From a virus: DNA of 54,388 nt. The position numbers and the translations under genes were made by a program. Positions within the stretch are counted from its first letter, which is position 1, and each line of letters starts with the position of its first letter. Below the pieces are notes generated by a model. It worked only from the letters and a program-made list of their open reading frames with translations, was not told where the DNA came from and did not search any database. The stretch is from positions 1-54,388 of IMG/VR virus record IMGVR_UViG_3300007352_000003; one strand, given 5' to 3'. This document shows, piece after piece, positions 42,677 to 52,184 of the stretch.

Positions 42677-43956
42677 TGATTTCTTCGAGTATTGGTATTT
42701 CGACGCCCGTTCCATTCGAGGCTTCTGGAATGGAGGGCGTCCCGCGTTTGGGTCGCATCACGCCCGAGTGGCACCGGGCCCGGGCGGCTTTGCTCTATCC
42801 TGTCGGGCACAACTGCACCGAGATTTACGTCGACGGCATGGAAGTCGGCGTAGCCCGCAACCAGGCGGCCAAGACCGCCTTGGAATCGGGCATGAAGTAC
42901 CTCTTCTTCCTGGACTGGGACACGATCCCGCCACGCGATGCGCTCTGCCGGCTGGTCTACCATCTCGACAACCACCCGGATTACGACGTGGCGGCCGGGA
43001 TGTATTGTTCCAAGTCGATGCCGCCCTTTCCGCTTCTGTGGCGGGAGTGGGGCAAGGGCGTTTCGTGGGACTGGACGTTGGGCGAGGTGTTGACTGAGGG
43101 GGTTGTCGGCGTGCCGGCCGGCTGCACCCTTTACCGCGTCTCAGTATTCGGCCGGTTGCCGTTCACAGAGGCCACGCCATGGTTCAGGACCGACAAGGGC
43201 ACAATCGACCCGGGAGACGGGAGCGGCGAAGTACCGTTTTCCAGGACCGAGGACCTGTGGTTCTGCATGCGGCTCGACAAGGAGCTGCACGGCCGGATTC
43301 TGGTCGATACCGGTATCCAGTGCGACCACATCGACCACGCGACGGGTGTGCGGTTTTGCCTGCCGGACGACTGCTTGCCGCGATTCCGGGCGAAAGAGGC
43401 GGCCGACAAGCGGCGAACGGTTTTACACATCGGTTGCGGGCCGCGCGGCAGCGGCGTTCTGCCGCCGGAACTCCAGGGCGAACAGTGGCGGGAAATCCGG
43501 GTGGACGTCGACCCGGCCGTTCAGCCCGATGTAGTGGCGTCGATGACCGACTTGCGGCGATTCACCGACAGTTCGATTGACGCCGTCTATTCCTGGCATA
43601 ACGTGGAACACCTGCATTCTTTCGACGTGCCGATTGCCTTGAAAGAGTTCTATCGAGTCGTGAAGCCCGGCGGCTTGGCTATCATCGGCGTTCCCGACAT
43701 CCAGGCGGTTGCCGCAGAGGTGGCTGGAGGCAACTTGGAGGGTGCGCTGTACGAATCGCCCGCCGGCCCGATCTCCGCGATCGACATTCTCTACGGGCAC
43801 CGCGGCATGTCGCAGGGAAACCAGTTTCAACATCACCGGACGGCGTTCACCAGGGAATCGTTGCAACGTGCTCTGGAGGCGGCCGGATTCATGGTGGTGG
43901 AAATCCAACAGACTCTCGATAAGTGGGGATTGGCGGCCTACGCGACCAAGAAGTGA
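42676..43956 (+). CDS. fusion of a GT-A (family-2-like) glycosyltransferase and a class I SAM-dependent methyltransferase
   Basis: GT half: VARNQAAKTAL, YLFFLDWD (DxD), GCTLYRV, RTEDLWFCMRL. MT half: RTVLHIGCGPRG (motif I), SIDAVYSWHNVEHL, YRVVKPGGLAIIGVPD. Confidence 0.75.
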   Translation: MISSSIGISTPVPFEASGMEGVPRLGRITPEWHRARAALLYPVGHNCTEIYVDGMEVGVARNQAAKTALESGMKYLFFLDWDTIPPRDALCRLVYHLDNHPDYDVAAGMYCSKSMPPFPLLWREWGKGVSWDWTLGEVLTEGVVGVPAGCTLYRVSVFGRLPFTEATPWFRTDKGTIDPGDGSGEVPFSRTEDLWFCMRLDKELHGRILVDTGIQCDHIDHATGVRFCLPDDCLPRFRAKEAADKRRTVLHIGCGPRGSGVLPPELQGEQWREIRVDVDPAVQPDVVASMTDLRRFTDSSIDAVYSWHNVEHLHSFDVPIALKEFYRVVKPGGLAIIGVPDIQAVAAEVAGGNLEGALYESPAGPISAIDILYGHRGMSQGNQFQHHRTAFTRESLQRALEAAGFMVVEIQQTLDKWGLAAYATKK

Positions 43957-43959
43957 TTC

Positions 43960-46215
43960 ATGGCACCTAAGCCCAAGACTTCCGAAATCCTCTTTCCAAG
44001 TGGGGGTGTTGCGCGCCGACTGGCCTATCAACAGCAGCAGCCGTATACCTGCCAAGACGCGGCCAACGTCTGGCCGTTCGACCCGCTAGAGGGCAGGGAG
44101 CGGGGTGGGAGTCGGCCGGGGACCTCGAAGGCGTTTGCGACTGACCTGGGCGGGCCGATTCAAGGGCTCGGGTCGGTGACGATCGTCAATTCCAACGCCA
44201 CGATCTCGAATGTTCTGGCGGCGATGGTGGACGGGATGGTCTGGTACAACGCCGCCGGGACTATGACGGCGCTCTACGGCGGAAAGAACCTCGTGGTCAA
44301 TCCGGGCTTCGAGACCTTTACGGGCACGGCCGACGACGCCACTAGTGACACTTTCACGAGTTGGACGAACTACGTCCCTGATGCGGGCGACAAGGCTCTT
44401 GCCATCACCGGCGGCCGCACGGGCACCGCTGGCACCTACTCACTGAAGATCATTCGCGGGGCGGGTGCGGCGCGGCCCTATGTCAAAACCAATAACCAGC
44501 GAATTGCGACCGCCGCCGGCACGATCTGCCAGTTGTCTTTCTGGACCAAAGGCGACGGGACCGGGCAGGGACGTTACGCCGTCTACGCGCAGGGCGCCGG
44601 CTCTTACGCGAAGGCGGTTACCCAGACTGGTGTGTCCGCGGCAACTTGGACAGAAGTCACGACTACTTTCACTGTACCGGCCAGCACGACCTACCTGGAA
44701 CTCTACCTCTATGGTTGTGACAACAACACGGAATCGTGCTTTTTCGATGATGTCGTTCTCAAGGTCAAAAACCCGCTCAACGCCACGGCCGATACACTAC
44801 TCGCCACCCCCCACCATCAAAAACTCTACATCGGCGACTACCGCGCCACGCGGCTCTACGGCACGGACGGGGTGATCGCCTCGGGCAACCAGCTTTCAGC
44901 GGCCAGTATTTCCGACTGGACGGCGCAGTCGATCGACATTACCCGTGACGTGGTCTTGTTGGTCGACCCGGACGCAGCCACAACGGCCGAAGACGACGTG
45001 TACGAGATTACCGCCGTGGCGGCGGGGTATCTGACGCTGGACCCGGCGCCCAACGATACCGGCCCTGGAAGCGACCTCACGCCGGGCAGCGGCTGGATTT
45101 GGGAAATCGGCCGCAAAATCCAGGTGTACGACCCCAGCACCGGCGAGATCGACCCGCTTGAGGCTACCTACGGGATTCCACCGATTAACTGCCCGCTGAT
45201 CTGCACCTACCGGGACCGGATTGTCGCTTGCCAGTCAAATATCTGGTACATGAGCCGCGCCGGTGACGCCACCGACTGGGATTTCGGCTACACGCCCGAG
45301 GACCCGCTTCGGCCGATGGCGGCCACGATCACGGACGCCGCGGGCTACGTGGCCGATCCGATTCTCTGCGTCATTCCGCATTCGGACGACTACCTGATCT
45401 TCGGGGCGGAGCGGAGCATCTACCTGATGCGGGGCGACCCAGGCGGCGGTGGCCAGATCGACACGGTCAGCCGCGAAATTGGCATCATCTCCGCCACGGC
45501 CTGGGCGAAGCTGCCGGACTCGTCGATTGTCTTCCTCTCCCGCCTGGGGCTTTACGTCATGTCGGCCGGGGCTGGGGCGCCGGAACCGTGGTCCCCGCAG
45601 GTCCTGCCTCAGTCCCTGCGCGACGTTGACGTGACGGCCAAGACGGTCTCCATGGCCTATGATGGGTTGAACCGGGGCGTCCACCTCTTCATCACGCCCA
45701 CGGCGGGGACGGTCGGTGAGCATTATTTTCTGTCTGTTGAAACACGGGGCATTTTCCCGGTCACTCTGCCGAATGCCCAACAGCCGACGTGCCTGGTGAC
45801 TTACGCGGCCGATCAGGGCGACCCGGCCTATGTGCTGATGGGCTGCTACGACGGGTACGTTCGCCGCTACGATTCCAGCGTGGCCACGGATGACGGCACG
45901 GCCATCACGAGTTACGTCACGATCGGGCCTTTGAGGTTGGCCGGGCCCGGCGATGAGGGCATGATCACTGAACTGGGCTGCACGCTGGACGAGGATTCGG
46001 CCGACGTGACGTGGGAATTGATGGTCGGGGATTCCGCGGAGGCAGCCGTTGACAACGCCACGGCGGATTACTCGGGCACCTGGACGGCCGGGTGGAACGG
46101 CATCACCGCGCCCCGCGTCCGCGGCCAGGCCGCCAAACTGAAGCTGTCGGGCACCGATGACTGGGCGATGGAGTCGATTCCGATCACCGTGGCGCATGCC
46201 GGGAGGCAACGCTGA
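43960..46215 (+). CDS. large tail protein with CBM4/9-like carbohydrate-binding insert (nozzle or tubular-tail candidate)
   Basis: 751 aa. NLVVNPGFETFTG...FTSWTNY...CFFDDVVLKV resembles a CBM_4_9-type jelly roll. Confidence 0.55.
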   Translation: MAPKPKTSEILFPSGGVARRLAYQQQQPYTCQDAANVWPFDPLEGRERGGSRPGTSKAFATDLGGPIQGLGSVTIVNSNATISNVLAAMVDGMVWYNAAGTMTALYGGKNLVVNPGFETFTGTADDATSDTFTSWTNYVPDAGDKALAITGGRTGTAGTYSLKIIRGAGAARPYVKTNNQRIATAAGTICQLSFWTKGDGTGQGRYAVYAQGAGSYAKAVTQTGVSAATWTEVTTTFTVPASTTYLELYLYGCDNNTESCFFDDVVLKVKNPLNATADTLLATPHHQKLYIGDYRATRLYGTDGVIASGNQLSAASISDWTAQSIDITRDVVLLVDPDAATTAEDDVYEITAVAAGYLTLDPAPNDTGPGSDLTPGSGWIWEIGRKIQVYDPSTGEIDPLEATYGIPPINCPLICTYRDRIVACQSNIWYMSRAGDATDWDFGYTPEDPLRPMAATITDAAGYVADPILCVIPHSDDYLIFGAERSIYLMRGDPGGGGQIDTVSREIGIISATAWAKLPDSSIVFLSRLGLYVMSAGAGAPEPWSPQVLPQSLRDVDVTAKTVSMAYDGLNRGVHLFITPTAGTVGEHYFLSVETRGIFPVTLPNAQQPTCLVTYAADQGDPAYVLMGCYDGYVRRYDSSVATDDGTAITSYVTIGPLRLAGPGDEGMITELGCTLDEDSADVTWELMVGDSAEAAVDNATADYSGTWTAGWNGITAPRVRGQAAKLKLSGTDDWAMESIPITVAHAGRQR

Positions 46216-47225
46216 TGGATGAACGACCCTGGCCGACGAGCGCGGTCCCCGAGAAGTTCATCACGACGCCGGCGGGGGCGGACGATGACAAGGTCCGCCG
46301 CGCGCTGCAGTTGATCCGCGAGAACTGGCGGCTGGCGCAGGCCCTTCTGGACCTAGTGAACACGATCAACGACGACTACATCACCAGTGTGGAATTGGCT
46401 GCTTGGGCGGGCTCGACGAGCATCACGACTCTGGGCACGATCACGACGGGCGTTTGGGGCGGCAGTGTCATTCAGGACGGTTGGATTGCCTCAGCGGCCA
46501 CGTGGACGGCGGGCATCGCGGCGAATGCCTCGGCCATCACGACCCTGGACGGCCGGGTAGCGGCGATTGAAGGCGACTACATCACCTCGACGGAACTGAA
46601 CGCATGGGACGGCTCGACGGCCGTTGTGGAGTTGGGCACGGTCACCACCGGCACCTGGCAGGCTACGGCGATTGACCTGATTCGCGGCGGGCTGGGGGCG
46701 GACGTTTCAGCCTACAACGGCGCGGTCTGCATCACGGCCGGGAGCACGGTCTGCAAATCGCTGGGCATCGCCAACGGCAGTCTGATCATCGTGGATACAG
46801 CGGACGCGGCCGACAACGACTACGCCAAATTTACGCTGGCGGGAATCGAGGGGCGGAGCTATAGCGAGGTGCGAGAGGATTTGGGACTCAACACAACGAC
46901 GGCACGACGGTACTACGGCACTGACGAGAATGGCACACTGGGGTTTCATGAATTCGAGCAGACGTTGTCGCTGCCGAGTCTCGGCCCTGGCTCGGCCAAC
47001 AAGCTTCTAGGGGCAAACTGGGACGGCACGGCGCATGAGTGGAAAACTCTTTATTCTCCCTACACGAATCATGTCAACGTCTACCACGAACCCGGAGGAA
47101 TCAGGCTTTACCTGCCGCAGGCTATTGGATTAACCAGCTTGGTCCAATTCGGGGGAGTGGGTTGCGGTGGACCGGCCAGCCAGTATTATCGCCTGGTGGT
47201 GAACGGTGAACTGGTAATGGACTAA
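46215..47225 (+). CDS. tail fibre protein with internal repeat
   Basis: DYITSVELAAWAGSTSITTLGTITTGVWGG and DYITSTELNAWDGSTAVVELGTVTTGTWQA form an internal repeat. The LGT.TTG.W..I...GG motif is common in fibre proteins. Confidence 0.6.
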   Translation: MDERPWPTSAVPEKFITTPAGADDDKVRRALQLIRENWRLAQALLDLVNTINDDYITSVELAAWAGSTSITTLGTITTGVWGGSVIQDGWIASAATWTAGIAANASAITTLDGRVAAIEGDYITSTELNAWDGSTAVVELGTVTTGTWQATAIDLIRGGLGADVSAYNGAVCITAGSTVCKSLGIANGSLIIVDTADAADNDYAKFTLAGIEGRSYSEVREDLGLNTTTARRYYGTDENGTLGFHEFEQTLSLPSLGPGSANKLLGANWDGTAHEWKTLYSPYTNHVNVYHEPGGIRLYLPQAIGLTSLVQFGGVGCGGPASQYYRLVVNGELVMD

Positions 47226-47229
47226 CGGG

Positions 47230-47700
47230 ATGTCTTTAGCACGACTGGACTTTTTCGACGACGTCTGTGATCACGGTCCCCACCCGCACTTGCGATTGCG
47301 ACACACTGAGTTTGCGTTGCCGGCTACGGAACATTTTTGCACGAGTCATTTGTATGAATTGCCCTCCGGGAATATCAGCCTCTTGCCTTCTGCTGGTCAT
47401 GGACTAGTCGGATGGAGCGGCGAAACAACGGTTCCATACTTGTGGACAACGCGTTTTGTGTCTTTGTGGGGTCAATGGTACTTCAACACAGACTGGATCT
47501 GGAACGATTGGGTTTGGGAGCCTGGTTTGAACGGGCTTTACTGGTTTTTGGACGAAGGTGCACAGCGCTGCTCGATTCTGATTGGCAGCGGCGGCGGCTT
47601 GGCTGGTGTTTACGATCCAGTGGCGAGAGAGGATTTAGCCTATTTGTATCAGCTTCCCCATCCGGACGTGCATCATTACTACATGACCGATTACCAATAG
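47230..47700 (+). CDS. Trp-rich hypothetical protein (fibre chaperone candidate by position)
   Basis: Follows the fibre gene. Lower GC content. Confidence 0.4.
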   Translation: MSLARLDFFDDVCDHGPHPHLRLRHTEFALPATEHFCTSHLYELPSGNISLLPSAGHGLVGWSGETTVPYLWTTRFVSLWGQWYFNTDWIWNDWVWEPGLNGLYWFLDEGAQRCSILIGSGGGLAGVYDPVAREDLAYLYQLPHPDVHHYYMTDYQ

Positions 47701-47710
47701 GAGCCTTGCC

Positions 47711-48034
47711 GTGATTTGTCCGCAGGGACCCTTGCGACGAAAAAGTCAGAAGCCATCTCGGCAGATTCGGCGGGAGAGTCGCAAAGGCGATTTTCGATTG
47801 ACTCGATTGTGTCGGGCTTCGGTGCGTGGTGATCGAGTGTACTTTGATGCGGGACCTGGACTGCGAGTCAGTGGCATACTTCGCGACTGGGAGGGTGGCC
47901 TGGCGGTCATCGAAATAGACGGGGCTGATATTGGCCGGCCGCAGTATAGGCCGGGTTTTCCGGAAGTATCGCCTTGCATGCGTGTGCCCGTGGGCTGCGC
48001 GGAGGGAAAAGATGGGGTCAACCATAGCGGGTAA
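47711..48034 (+). CDS. possible small ORF, weak
   Basis: GTG start. Fills the gap before 48012. The basic N-terminus is not convincing. Confidence 0.25.
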   Translation: MICPQGPLRRKSQKPSRQIRRESRKGDFRLTRLCRASVRGDRVYFDAGPGLRVSGILRDWEGGLAVIEIDGADIGRPQYRPGFPEVSPCMRVPVGCAEGKDGVNHSG

Positions 48035-48866
48035 CGGTCGGGGCTTCTCTACGGACCTCTGGTACGGGTTCGACGTGGACTCGATTTTCATCGACCGCGA
48101 TGAGAACGTGGGTTTCGGCATCCATCCGAATTTCGCCTGTTTCGACCGGGCGGTGGACGCGGCGGCCCCCACGGTTTTCTACGGTCCGGACGGAGCGCGG
48201 GGGTACGCCGACAGCACGTCAGCTTCCATTGCTCAGATTGCGGCCCTGATGGGCGGGGCTGTGCGGCTGGCGACGGGGGCCACCCAATACCAAGAAGCCT
48301 GGTTGCAGTGGGGTGGGGCGACCGGCAGTCCCTTCGTGATCTCGGACACGGACGCGGTCAACTTGGACTTGCGGTTGGAAATGGCCGTCCGGGTCTCGAA
48401 TTCGGCCTTCGCCAATCAGGCTCTTTTCGTCGGCTTGGCCGAGGAGGGCAGCGCGGCGGCCGATTTCATCACGGACCTCGGGGCGATGGCGGACAAGGAT
48501 TTCATCGGCTGGTTCTTGTCCGGGGATAATGGTCTGGACTTCGTCTACCGCAAGGCCGGGCAGGCGATGCAGACCCACGCGGCAAGCTGGAAGACTTTGG
48601 CTATCGACACCTGGTATCACTTCGGCCTGGAGTGGGACACGGACACCGACACGGTGACTCCCTGGTACGGCACAGGGGACCGGTCCACCACGCCGATGGC
48701 CCAGGACAAAACCTCGATCATCACGTCCACCACGGTGGCCACGGCCACGTTCCCGGACGGGAGTTACATGAGTCCCATCATCGGCACCAAGGGGCTGGGG
48801 ACGGCCAATGTGCAAATTGACTGCCGATTGCTGGGGGTGGCGCAGTTGGCACCGGCTGCGGATTGA
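48012..48866 (+). CDS. jelly-roll-like structural protein, paralogue 2
   Basis: The ATG at 48012 has GGAGGG upstream. Motifs shared with 48879-49715: GRGFS.DLW.GF, MGGAVR, FVGLAE.GSA, ADKD.IG, DFVYRK.G, PWYGTGDR.T. Confidence 0.55.
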   Translation: MGSTIAGNGRGFSTDLWYGFDVDSIFIDRDENVGFGIHPNFACFDRAVDAAAPTVFYGPDGARGYADSTSASIAQIAALMGGAVRLATGATQYQEAWLQWGGATGSPFVISDTDAVNLDLRLEMAVRVSNSAFANQALFVGLAEEGSAAADFITDLGAMADKDFIGWFLSGDNGLDFVYRKAGQAMQTHAASWKTLAIDTWYHFGLEWDTDTDTVTPWYGTGDRSTTPMAQDKTSIITSTTVATATFPDGSYMSPIIGTKGLGTANVQIDCRLLGVAQLAPAAD

Positions 48867-48878
48867 AAGCGAACTATT

Positions 48879-49715
48879 ATGGGAATGTTGGATCAGACCG
48901 AGGGGCGAGGGATTTCGTTCGACCTCTGGTCTGGGTTTCCGGTTGATGACGTGTTGGCGGGCCGGAACGCCAACACGGGGGCTGTCGTCAAACCAAACCT
49001 GGCGTCCTTCCGGGTCTGGGCCGATGACAGCGGCACGGTGGTTTGCGGCCAGAACGGCGAACGGGGGCATGTCGAAAACGGCGATATTTACCAGTTGCCG
49101 GCCTATATGGGCGGCGCGGTCCGCTGGCATGCGGACGGCACCCTGGGCGGGCAGGCGAGCGTGCAGTGGGGCGGCGGGGCGTTTGTGATCAGCAGCACGA
49201 CCGGGAGTAACCGCGACTTGATCTTCGAGGCGGCCGTCAGACAGTCCTACGTGGACGGGCCGCAAGACCTCGCGTGGTTCGTGGGATTAGCCGAGCCTGG
49301 ATCGGCGGTGAGCGGGTTTGCGACTTCGGGGCTGGCGGACAAGGACTTGATTGGCGTTTACTCCAGCGGCAACGCGACCGGCGCGGTGGATTTCGTCTAC
49401 CGCAAGAGCGGCAGTGCGATACAGACACCGGGATCGGTAATTTGGACGATCGGTACGGGATGGGTTCATATTGGATTCGAGTACGATCCGGCGATTGGCT
49501 CCGTGGTCCCTTGGTACGGCACGGGGGACAGAACGACCAGCGTCATGCAGCCGTACAAGTACGGGCAGGTCGCTCCGGGCGAGATTTCCTCGGGGCTTTT
49601 CCCGGCCGACCAACCGTTGACGCCGATCGTGGCGGTGGCGGGGCTGTTACAAGCCAGTAATTTGGACGTGAGACTTTTGGCCTGCGGCCAGCGAGCCGCG
49701 GCACATAGAGAGTGA
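48879..49715 (+). CDS. jelly-roll-like structural protein, paralogue 3
   Basis: See 48012-48866. This is a tandem paralogue. Confidence 0.55.
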   Translation: MGMLDQTEGRGISFDLWSGFPVDDVLAGRNANTGAVVKPNLASFRVWADDSGTVVCGQNGERGHVENGDIYQLPAYMGGAVRWHADGTLGGQASVQWGGGAFVISSTTGSNRDLIFEAAVRQSYVDGPQDLAWFVGLAEPGSAVSGFATSGLADKDLIGVYSSGNATGAVDFVYRKSGSAIQTPGSVIWTIGTGWVHIGFEYDPAIGSVVPWYGTGDRTTSVMQPYKYGQVAPGEISSGLFPADQPLTPIVAVAGLLQASNLDVRLLACGQRAAAHRE

Positions 49716-49723
49716 GGTGAATC

Positions 49724-50260
49724 ATGCCACGCATTTACGTCAACGGCCGCTGGCGAGAGACGCCTGATGCGCCGACGACTCCCTTGAGCGTCTACCAGCA
49801 GGCCCTCGATGCCGTCGGCGCCCGGGGCGCCGTGGAGCGGAAGCGGCTGGAGGAATATTGGGGCAATCAGCGCAACCAGGGCATCGCGGACCTCTACAGC
49901 CGCGGCATGGCCGGCGGCGGGCTGGCCTTCTCGGGCCTCAAGTCCATGATGGGCCGCGGCTACTCCCAGGCCCTCGAATCGCTGAACGCCTCACTGGCCG
50001 AGGAGCGGGCCAAACGGGCCGCGGAACTGGCCCAATTCCAGTTTCAGCAGCAGAAGTTCGGGCACCAGCGGTCCATGGACGTGGCCCGGCTGAATCTGGC
50101 TCAAAATCAAGGCTACGGCCGCCGCTATCCGTCCCGCGGCGGTTACGGCAGCGCCGGCTTCCAGGAAGTCCCCTCGACCATTCAGACGCCGCTGCCGGGC
50201 TCCACGGCCAGCCTGTACGGGAATCGAGCCTACATCCGCGCCAACCGCCTCTACGGGTAA
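49724..50260 (+). CDS. internal virion protein candidate (small)
   Basis: First of three consecutive genes of increasing size after the tail genes. Q/G/R-rich. Confidence 0.4.
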   Translation: MPRIYVNGRWRETPDAPTTPLSVYQQALDAVGARGAVERKRLEEYWGNQRNQGIADLYSRGMAGGGLAFSGLKSMMGRGYSQALESLNASLAEERAKRAAELAQFQFQQQKFGHQRSMDVARLNLAQNQGYGRRYPSRGGYGSAGFQEVPSTIQTPLPGSTASLYGNRAYIRANRLYG

Positions 50261-50264
50261 TGCC

Positions 50265-52184
50265 ATGCCTGTGTTTCTGCCACGTCCGTCCGGCCGCTCG
50301 TACAGCTACCATCCGCGCGAAGCCGATCCCTACACGCGCCAGCGAGTGCGTGAGGACGCGGACCGCGACTACCTGGCCCGGCAAGCCCGGATTGACCAGA
50401 TTACGGCCATGCTCCGCGCGCGGCCGACGTCGGCGGTTCTTGATCCCCTTCTGGTCGAATCCCGCAATCCGGCGTTCGGACCCCTTCCTCTTCCACGGGC
50501 GGCCGGAGGCGCCGCCGGTGAAGTCGCCGGTCGCTACCCGCGTCTGGGCTACAAAGAAGCCTGGGACGCCTTTCTCAAGGGCCAGCCGCTACCCGGCGAA
50601 TTGGGCGACCTGGACAAGTTGCTTTGGCAGAGCGCCCTGGGGCAGGAAGAGGGTTATCAAAAGGCGACTTGGCAGAGTGAGTTGGCGGAGCAAGAGGCAG
50701 AGATTGCCCGCCAGCAAGCGGATCTCGAGCAAAGGCACGCCCTCGAAGAGCTTGACGTCAAGGGTTCGCAACAGCGCGACTATGCGCAGTCCATGATGGA
50801 CCTGGAGGGGCTCCAGCAAGCCGGTGAAGTCGCCGGCGGCTACCAGGACTTTCAGGACACGCTGGATGAAGCCCAGCTTGAGGCGATTACGCAGGGAATT
50901 CAGAGTGGCAAGTTCTACTACACACCCGAACAAAAGACGGAAATGAAGGCCATCGACGGCGCGATCAGTCGTCTTCTGGTGGACCGGGACTTCGACGCGA
51001 CGAGCCGGGCGAAGGGGCTGGCCATGCTGTATCAGCAGAAGCGAGCCTTGATGCTCAATCCGATGGAGAGGCCGCCGGATGAGCAGCAGATTTCCTTGCA
51101 GGAAGATTTTGAGAAAAACACGCTCAAGGATGAATACGGGCAACGCTGGGTCAAAGGCAAAGATGGTTGGATGGTTGCCAGAGGCTCCAAAGTCCCTGAG
51201 CGGGACGACACCGAAGCCGTCGACCTCCACACCAAGACTGTCATGGACCGCACCGGGCTGGACGCGAAGTCGTTGCAGACGGCCCGGCAGAATGTCGAGC
51301 AGAAGTACCGGGACGCGATACTTGACTTGATGACAACACAGAAAGTTGAATCGAAGCCGGTAAAGAACGCGGAGACTGGCGAGACCACAAACGAGTGGGT
51401 CAAGACGGCCCCCTACACCAAAGCAGAGGCAGAGGCTCTTTTGGCTCCCATGTTCGACGCTCAGCGGCAGTATTACGGGATGGCAGACTGGGCGATTGAC
51501 CGCATGCTGCCCGATGAAGCGAAGAGGCGGACCACGGAGGGGATGGACCCCGAGTCGGGCTACTATCCGTGGCAACCAGGTGACCCGGTACCGTTCAACA
51601 AGGTTCCCGCGGAAGTCCACGATCGGTATCGGCAACCGCGGCCTCCAGCCGCGCCGCCGGCCCCCGCGATTCCGCCGGGCCAATTACCCCCGCCGCCCGC
51701 GTGGAATCCAATGCAGGGGCTCTACGCCCCGGAGGCCATGTCAGGGCAGGCTGCCCCGCCGCGCCCCTCTCCTTCTGACGCCGGCGGCGTCTACGTTCCG
51801 CGGCCGGCGCCCGCGACTTCTTCACCGGCCGCGCCGCCGGTCCCCCTGCCGCCTGAACCTGCGCCCGTGGAACCGTATGACTACGGCCCGCCGGCGAGAG
51901 TGCCCGCGGGGTTCAATGAGTTCCAAGGCTCGGCCCCCGCTTCAAAGGCGGACTGGGATAAAGTCTGGGGCAAGCCGAAAGCGAAGCCCCAGGCGCCCAC
52001 AGAGGCCCCCGAAGTCCGCCTCAAACGCGCCCGGGCCTATTGGGCCGTCCCGTTGCAACAGCGGAATCTGGCCTGGGCGGATGCCTTTGTGGACTTCTTG
52101 CAGGCCGATCCGGATATGGCCGATGACCCCGAACTTCAGAAACTCGTAGCCGACGCCAAACGAATTCTGCGCAATGCCCGATAG
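50265..52184 (+). CDS. internal virion protein candidate (639 aa), coiled-coil plus Pro-rich region
   Basis: E/Q/L-rich helical part, then PRPPAAPPAPAIPPGQLPPPPAW and further Pro-rich sequence. Confidence 0.45.
   Translation: MPVFLPRPSGRSYSYHPREADPYTRQRVREDADRDYLARQARIDQITAMLRARPTSAVLDPLLVESRNPAFGPLPLPRAAGGAAGEVAGRYPRLGYKEAWDAFLKGQPLPGELGDLDKLLWQSALGQEEGYQKATWQSELAEQEAEIARQQADLEQRHALEELDVKGSQQRDYAQSMMDLEGLQQAGEVAGGYQDFQDTLDEAQLEAITQGIQSGKFYYTPEQKTEMKAIDGAISRLLVDRDFDATSRAKGLAMLYQQKRALMLNPMERPPDEQQISLQEDFEKNTLKDEYGQRWVKGKDGWMVARGSKVPERDDTEAVDLHTKTVMDRTGLDAKSLQTARQNVEQKYRDAILDLMTTQKVESKPVKNAETGETTNEWVKTAPYTKAEAEALLAPMFDAQRQYYGMADWAIDRMLPDEAKRRTTEGMDPESGYYPWQPGDPVPFNKVPAEVHDRYRQPRPPAAPPAPAIPPGQLPPPPAWNPMQGLYAPEAMSGQAAPPRPSPSDAGGVYVPRPAPATSSPAAPPVPLPPEPAPVEPYDYGPPARVPAGFNEFQGSAPASKADWDKVWGKPKAKPQAPTEAPEVRLKRARAYWAVPLQQRNLAWADAFVDFLQADPDMADDPELQKLVADAKRILRNAR

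Noticed and set aside
46215-47225. Diversity-generating retroelement (template/variable repeat pair) in the fibre gene.
   Set aside because: The two DYITS...LGT.TTG.W segments are only loosely similar at the DNA level, not adenine-specific variants. No reverse transcriptase is encoded anywhere in the genome.
49858-50796. 312-aa + strand ORF that overlaps 49724-50260 and 50265-52184 in another frame.
   Set aside because: It is an alternative-frame ORF with Arg/Pro/Gly-rich low-complexity translation. The annotated frames have RBSs, tight coupling and protein-like composition.
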